Shown here: piece after piece, positions 58,919-64,000 of the stretch | Position numbering within the stretch: position 1 is the first letter of the stretch | How the letters are laid out: the number at the start of each line of letters is the position of its first letter | NCBI GenBank assembly: GCA_021813945.1 | Contig: JAKAJD010000001.1 | Coordinates: 9,744 to 73,743 of the forward strand | DNA: 64,000 nt | From: a bacterium | GTDB taxonomy: Bacteria > Patescibacteriota > Microgenomatia > Curtissbacterales > GWA2-41-24 | Direction of reading: 5' to 3' | The notes under the pieces: generated by a model | What the model saw: only the letters and a program-made list of their open reading frames with translations | What the model was told of the DNA's origin: nothing | Databases searched by the model: none | Made by a program: the position numbers and the translations under genes

Positions 58919-60488
58919 AATATTCATTTTAATAATCTTAATATCGCTAGCTTTGAGATTTTATAAATTGGGAGTTATTCCAGCTGGCTTGGATTGGGAC
59001 GAGGTAAGTAACGCTTACAATGCTTATTCGATTCTAAAAACAGCACGTGATGAATTCGGCACATTCTTACCTTTGACAAACAGATCATTCGACGATTATA
59101 AACCGCCTCTTTATATGTATCTAAATGTTCCAACAGTTGCTATTTTTGGCCTTACGCCGTTTGCCGCAAGATTGCCCTCCGCCCTTTTAGGTACTCTATC
59201 AACCATTTTCATCTATTTTTTGGTAAAACGCCTATTCAAAAAAGAAGCACTTGCTCTCATATCAATGGCACTTGCAGCAACTTCGCCATGGCAGCTGCAA
59301 TTTTCCAGAGTCGGTTTTGAAGCAAATTTAGGTTTGTTTATGGCAATATCATCATTTACACTTCTTCTTTATGCGTTGCCCATGTTGAAGGAAAAATTTT
59401 CATCTCGAAAAGCCACTGTCTTTCTACTATCTGCATTCTCATTTGGATTAAGCTTTTACAGTTACCATTCAGAGCGTATCTTTATACCATTATTATTTCT
59501 CGTATCCCTTATAATTTACCGGCAAGATTTTTTAAAGATACCCAAGAAACTTTGGGTGATTTTTATCGCCATTACAATATTTCTGGTACTTCCTTTTTTC
59601 ATTTTTACTCCATTTAAAGCAATATCACAAAGGCTTGACGAAACAAGCCAATCGACAACAATTCAAAACATCGACCAATCGATTGTTTTTATGAAGGAAG
59701 ATAACTATTCCTATCTTTCTAAAATTATCCATAACAGGAGATTATTAATTGCAACCAATTATGCAAAGAATTATTTAGCTAACTTTGATGTGAACTATTT
59801 ATTTATCAAGGGCGACAACAACCTTCGTCATCATATTGAAAATATGGGCATGCTTTACCTTATAGAGTTGCCTTTACTTATATATGGTCTCTACTTTTTT
59901 ATTAAAGAAAGATCCAAAAGTACAATTTTTATTCTAGCTTGGCTCATCCTATCACCTATTCCAGCAGCACCAGGCAACGTAGCGCCCCACGCAATCAGAA
60001 GTTTTACCATGATTATTTCGCTAGAAATTGTAATTAGTTTTGCAATATTAAAAATTTATGAGCAGATTAAGTGGAAAAAAGCATACATGGGATTACTCCT
60101 TTCAGCTTATTTTTTGACATTTATCGTCTACTTGCATAATTATTACGTTCACTATTGGCACGATAATGCCTCCTGGTGGCAGCATGGATATCTTCAAGCA
60201 GTTTCAAAGACTAAAGTAGTCAAAAACAACTACAATCGGATAATAGTCGATCCATCAATTGAGCAAGCATACATTTTCTGGTTATTTGGCACCAAATACG
60301 ACCCAAAAAGTTATCAGATAAATGGAAATAAGGAACATTTTGATAAATATTACTTCACACCTGTCCAGCCTGAAAATTCAAAAGACTTATTTGTAACAGC
60401 AAAAAGCTTGCCCCAAGAGTTTGACATAATTGACACAATAAATTTTCCAAATGGCGAGAAAAACATATCAATAGGTCATCCAAAATAA
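58908..60488 (+). CDS. GT-C membrane glycosyltransferase, array member 6
   Basis: PAGLDWDE..YNAYSILKT.RDEFG, SFDDYKPPLY, SPWQLQFSRVGFE, HNRR. Confidence 0.82.
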   Translation: MKNKIFILIILISLALRFYKLGVIPAGLDWDEVSNAYNAYSILKTARDEFGTFLPLTNRSFDDYKPPLYMYLNVPTVAIFGLTPFAARLPSALLGTLSTIFIYFLVKRLFKKEALALISMALAATSPWQLQFSRVGFEANLGLFMAISSFTLLLYALPMLKEKFSSRKATVFLLSAFSFGLSFYSYHSERIFIPLLFLVSLIIYRQDFLKIPKKLWVIFIAITIFLVLPFFIFTPFKAISQRLDETSQSTTIQNIDQSIVFMKEDNYSYLSKIIHNRRLLIATNYAKNYLANFDVNYLFIKGDNNLRHHIENMGMLYLIELPLLIYGLYFFIKERSKSTIFILAWLILSPIPAAPGNVAPHAIRSFTMIISLEIVISFAILKIYEQIKWKKAYMGLLLSAYFLTFIVYLHNYYVHYWHDNASWWQHGYLQAVSKTKVVKNNYNRIIVDPSIEQAYIFWLFGTKYDPKSYQINGNKEHFDKYYFTPVQPENSKDLFVTAKSLPQEFDIIDTINFPNGEKNISIGHPK

Positions 60489-61277
60489 ATGAAAAAAGAA
60501 AAAAGAATCAAACTATCCGTCGCTCTTGCAACGTATAACGAAGAAGAAAATATAGTAGATTGCCTTGAATCTGTTAAAGATGTGGGGGATGAGATTGTGG
60601 TTGTTGATGGTAATTCACAAGACAGAACAGCTGAACTGGCAAAAATTAATGGGGCAAAGGTCATTAAAACTGAAAATAAAAAAATGTTTCACATCAACAA
60701 AAATTTGGCAATTAAAACCTGTAGGGGAGAGTGGATACTACTTTTGGATGCAGACGAAAGAGTAACGCCCGACCTAGCCAAAGAGATCAAAAACATCATC
60801 CATGGTAAATCCACAAATGATGGTTACTGGGTTAATCGCAAAAATTGGTTTTTGGGTGGCTTTTTAACAAAAGGAGGAGCATATCCAGACTCGGTAATAA
60901 GGCTATTTAAAAAAGGCAAGGGCCACCTTCCCCAAATCAGCGTTCATGAACAAGTTGCAATTGAGGGCTCATTGGGCCACCTAAAAAACGATCTCCTTCA
61001 TCTGGCGGACCCAAATTTTTCGAGATATTTAACAAGGGCTAACCGCTATACTGATTTGACGGCAGAGAACCTAAAGAATAGCAAAATCGGCCAAGGACCA
61101 TTGCAAATTGTGTTTTACATGCTCATAAAACCATCCGTCACTTTTACAGACATTTATATTCGCCATGGAGGCTTCAAAGATGGATTTAGAGGTTTTGTGT
61201 GGGCTTTGTTTTCGGGAGCTCATCATTTTTATGCCTATTCAAAGTATTTAACCGAAAAATCACAAAAAAAATTATAA
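60489..61277 (+). CDS. GT2 glycosyltransferase (WaaE/LgtF-like)
   Basis: ATYNEE, VDGNS.D.T, LDADERVT, YPD..IRLF, VHEQ, GFKDG.RG. Confidence 0.85.
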   Translation: MKKEKRIKLSVALATYNEEENIVDCLESVKDVGDEIVVVDGNSQDRTAELAKINGAKVIKTENKKMFHINKNLAIKTCRGEWILLLDADERVTPDLAKEIKNIIHGKSTNDGYWVNRKNWFLGGFLTKGGAYPDSVIRLFKKGKGHLPQISVHEQVAIEGSLGHLKNDLLHLADPNFSRYLTRANRYTDLTAENLKNSKIGQGPLQIVFYMLIKPSVTFTDIYIRHGGFKDGFRGFVWALFSGAHHFYAYSKYLTEKSQKKL

Positions 61278-61360
61278 TTCGAACCTAAATTGCCTACTTG
61301 TTTAAAAGCTAAAAAATTGTTATCAAAGTAATATATACCCTTTTTCGAAAGGAGGTAGCC

Positions 61361-61390
61361 ATGGCAAAGAAAAAGAAAAAGAAAAAATAA
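61361..61390 (+). CDS. Candidate micro-ORF MAKKKKKKK (9 aa)
   Basis: AAAGGAGGTagccATG GCA AAG AAA AAG AAA AAG AAA AAA TAA; strongest SD in the window. Confidence 0.5.
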   Translation: MAKKKKKKK

Positions 61391-61400
61391 GATCTTTCTT

Positions 61401-61457
61401 GCCCACCTTAGCGGTTTTTAAAAGATTTTCTATTAAAAGCGGAAGGTGGGTTTTCTT
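61401..61457 (+). terminator. Long imperfect hairpin with U-rich tail
   Basis: GCCCACCTT...AAGGTGGGT outer stem, inner TTTTTAA/TTAAAAG pairing, followed by TTTCTT. Confidence 0.55.
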
Positions 61458-61497
61458 ACTCGGATTCATAAATTCTCCTATTTACCCAAAACTGAGC

Positions 61498-61556
61498 TAT
61501 AATTTAGAAGAAATTACATAAGCTAAAGCGAATATAATTTAGAAGAAATTACATAA
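61498..61556 (+). repeat. Perfect 24-nt direct repeat containing TATAAT
   Basis: TATAATTTAGAAGAAATTACATAA at 61498-61521 and 61533-61556. Confidence 0.85.
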
Positions 61557-61564
61557 TCTTAATA

Positions 61565-62593
61565 GTGAAAGTTGCAATAGACGCTAGCCCTCTTAAAAAC
61601 CAGCACAACACACGCGGTATAGGTAGTTACACTCAAAATTTAATTGAATCTTTCAAAAGGCTTAAAGAGGGAATTGAATTAGAGCAATTTTATGACCCAA
61701 AAAATCCTCCTAACGTTGACGTTGTTCACTATCCTTACTTCGACTTCTACTTTAACACTTTACCAATTTTTAAAAAACAAAAACGAGTTGTCACCATACA
61801 TGACGTCATACCCTTAGTTTTTCCAGATAAGTTTCCTGCAGGTCTTAAAGGTAGGTTTAACCTTCAAAGGCAAAAGCTTGCTTTGAAAAACACTGACGCT
61901 GTAATTTGCGACTCGGTAACATCAAAGCAAGACATAATAAATAAATTGGGGTATCCACAAGATAAAATACATGCCGTTTATCTTGCTCAGGGAAAAAATT
62001 TTAAAAAAATCAACGATAAAAAATTATTAAACAAAATCTCAAAAAAATATAAATTACCATTGAGATTTATCCTTTATGTTGGAGATGTAAACTGGAATAA
62101 AAATTTGCCAAATTTACTAGAAGCATCAAAACTGGCGGACGTCAATCTCGTTATGGTAGGAAAAGCAATCCTTGATGAAAATTTAGAACAAACAAAATCT
62201 CTTATATCAAAAATGAAAAGTATTGGTATTTCAGAAAAAGTCCTGAGGCTTGGTTACATCCAAGAGGAGGATCTAATCTCAATTTATAATCTGGCATCAG
62301 CAACACTGGTACCCTCGTTTTACGAAGGCTTCGGCCTTCCTGTTTTAGAAAGTATGACTTGCGGCACGCCAGTTATCTGTTCAAAAAACTCATCTCTGAC
62401 CGAAATAGCAGAGGAAGCAGCAATCTATTGCGACCCCAATGATTCAAAAGATATTGCTCTAAAAATAAACCAAACCATAGGACTAAAAAAGCCAGATCTC
62501 TCAGAGAGATTAATATCTCATGCAAAAAAATTCAGTTGGGAAAAGGTGGCAACTGAAACAATCAGAGTGTATAAGAAGGTGGCGTTGGAGTAA
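61565..62593 (+). CDS. GT4 glycosyltransferase (MtfB/WbpY-like)
   Basis: RGIGSY, VTIHD, LYVG....KN, PSFYEGFGLPVLE.M.CGTPV, FSW. Confidence 0.9.
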   Translation: MKVAIDASPLKNQHNTRGIGSYTQNLIESFKRLKEGIELEQFYDPKNPPNVDVVHYPYFDFYFNTLPIFKKQKRVVTIHDVIPLVFPDKFPAGLKGRFNLQRQKLALKNTDAVICDSVTSKQDIINKLGYPQDKIHAVYLAQGKNFKKINDKKLLNKISKKYKLPLRFILYVGDVNWNKNLPNLLEASKLADVNLVMVGKAILDENLEQTKSLISKMKSIGISEKVLRLGYIQEEDLISIYNLASATLVPSFYEGFGLPVLESMTCGTPVICSKNSSLTEIAEEAAIYCDPNDSKDIALKINQTIGLKKPDLSERLISHAKKFSWEKVATETIRVYKKVALE

Positions 62594-63682
62594 ATGTATA
62601 AAAAGATATTTTTAATATTTACTGCCTGGCGCCTTTTTTTATTTTTTATAGCTTTTCTGGCTCCAAACTTTATTCACCAATTCGGTAATAAATTTCCTTA
62701 TGTCGGTTTATTAGAATCTTCAAACCTGCCTCATTTTCTCTGGTCTTTTGGAAACTTTGATGGTGTTCACTATCTTGGAATCGCTAGCCATCTTTATGAC
62801 TTTCAATATACTCAGGCTTTTTTCCCTTTATATCCATTGCTTATTCGTTTTTTGTCACCCGTATTTATGGGCAATATATTGCTCACCGGTTTGATAATCT
62901 CCAACACTTTTTTTCTGCTCGGACTCTTCGTCTTTTACAAATTAGTTTCAGAATCGTCAAATGAAAAGACTGCTTTTTGGTCAGCTTTATTCATTCTGGC
63001 ATTCCCGACATCGTTTTATTTTGGATCTGTTTACACAGAAGGTTTATTTTTTTTCTTAATCACCTCTAGCTTTTATCTTTACAGCAAAAATAAAATATTC
63101 TTAGCATCCGTGGTCGGTGCGTTTTCTTCGGCAACACGCTTGATTGGCGTCTTCATGCTCCCTGCGCTCATTAAAAGAAAAGCCGTAATTCGGCAAGCTG
63201 TATTACTTCTCATTCCTTCCGGTTTATCTCTTTACATGGCATATCTCTATATCAAATTTCATAACGCTTTCTATTTCCTGACAGCCCAAACAATATTTGG
63301 CCAGGAACGATCTACCTCGAAGATAATACTTCTCCCCCAGGTTTTTTTTAGATACATCAAGATATTATTAACTACCAGGGGTGAAGTCTTAGCTATTTCA
63401 TCTTTAGAAATTTCATCAACAATTTTTGCATTTCTAATTCTCGCTCTGGCGTCAAAAAAAATGAAAGCAGACTGGCTGATTTTCAGCTGGCTTGCCGTTT
63501 TGGTGCCAACCCTAACAGGAACACTGGCTTCTATGCCCAGATATGTCCTAATTGCTTTTCCGATTTTTATCTATCTAGGAATGATAAATAATCTGTATAT
63601 CAAATTAACAGTACTCACATTGTTCCTAATCCTTCTTACAATTACCACAGCTTTTTTCACACAAGGGTATTGGGTAGCCTGA
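62594..63682 (+). CDS. GT-C mannosyltransferase-like (PIG-V/Mannosyl_trans2-like)
   Basis: NFDGVHYL.IA, AFFPLYPLL, FPTSFYF..VYTEGLF, SMPRY, GYWVA end. Confidence 0.78.
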   Translation: MYKKIFLIFTAWRLFLFFIAFLAPNFIHQFGNKFPYVGLLESSNLPHFLWSFGNFDGVHYLGIASHLYDFQYTQAFFPLYPLLIRFLSPVFMGNILLTGLIISNTFFLLGLFVFYKLVSESSNEKTAFWSALFILAFPTSFYFGSVYTEGLFFFLITSSFYLYSKNKIFLASVVGAFSSATRLIGVFMLPALIKRKAVIRQAVLLLIPSGLSLYMAYLYIKFHNAFYFLTAQTIFGQERSTSKIILLPQVFFRYIKILLTTRGEVLAISSLEISSTIFAFLILALASKKMKADWLIFSWLAVLVPTLTGTLASMPRYVLIAFPIFIYLGMINNLYIKLTVLTLFLILLTITTAFFTQGYWVA

Positions 63683-63695
63683 AGCTCTAAATTTA

Positions 63696-63704
63696 TGCTA
63701 TTAT
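63696..63704 (+). promoter_or_regulatory. Extended -10, leaderless-type
   Basis: TGcTATTAT 6 nt before ATG 63711. Confidence 0.55.
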
Positions 63705-63710
63705 CCAGCT

Positions 63711-64000
63711 ATGGGCTTTTATAAGCTTTTAATAACAAGCGTAGTTTTAAACGTTACGGCGAACATTTTACTGAAAAAGGGTGTTGTTTTAGCGGGTGGT
63801 GTAAGTGGAGATAAAACAAAAGTCATAGGAGATATATTTCGAGTTGCCCTTAGCCCATATATTTTAGGCGGCTTGATACTATACGGCCTCTCATTTTTGA
63901 TTTGGTTGAGAGTTTTAAGCTTTAACGACCTGTCTAAGTCCTATCCAATCTTTGCGACAATCGTATTCTTACTCACTACAGTAGCTTCCATTCAATTTCT
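63711..64000 (+). CDS. Small EamA/SMR (ArnE/F-like) membrane transporter, 3'-truncated by window edge
   Basis: Not in ORF track; MGFYKLLITSVVLNVTANILLKKG...PYILGGLILYGLSFLIWLRVLS..DLSKSYP, open to base 64000. Confidence 0.78.
   Translation, partial: MGFYKLLITSVVLNVTANILLKKGVVLAGGVSGDKTKVIGDIFRVALSPYILGGLILYGLSFLIWLRVLSFNDLSKSYPIFATIVFLLTTVASIQF

Noticed and set aside
463-60765. Numerous 60-120 aa ORFs nested in or antisense to long genes
   Set aside because: No motifs or initiation signals; fully explained as shadow frames
61498-61556. Possible mini-CRISPR
   Set aside because: Only two copies, 11-nt spacer, no cas genes
61278-61564. tRNA or known riboswitch in the largest intergenic gap
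   Set aside because: No cloverleaf, T-loop or recognisable aptamer; a covariance-model search would be needed to exclude fully
1-64000. Mobile elements, prophage, defence systems, stop-codon recoding, phase-variable frameshifts
   Set aside because: No integrase, transposase or cas motifs; TGA ends many genes cleanly; A/T homopolymers occur but all long ORFs appear intact

Overview
A 64-kb AT-rich bacterial chromosomal segment using standard code 11 (TGA is a stop and RF2 is present). Gene content and style suggest a Patescibacteria/CPR (Microgenomates-like) genome; this is inference. The first ~11 kb is housekeeping: 3' part of secA, prfB, a membrane protein plus ftsE-ftsX and a coiled-coil M23 hydrolase, a lamin-tail surface protein, tsaE-tsaC-mini-tsaB, a galE-like epimerase, greA and two orphans. 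The remaining ~53 kb is a very large surface-glycosylation locus. It holds rmlABCD, ugd, rmd/gmd, a second epimerase and dehydrogenase, about 11 GT2/GT4 enzymes (4 polyprenol-phosphate-sugar synthase-like), 17 polytopic GT-C-like membrane proteins (including a 6-gene tandem array) and three flippase types. Interspersed are pyrB, pyrC, a cyclophilin, an archaeal-type CoaD-DUF359 fusion and a DEDD exonuclease. I saw no rRNA, tRNA, CRISPR or mobile element. Most notable: a circularly permuted M23 peptidase domain after ftsX; a MAKKKKKKK micro-ORF with a hairpin-sequestered SD and downstream terminator; pervasive leaderless-type promoters; and the GT-C expansion. All product calls come from motif recognition by eye, not database searches.
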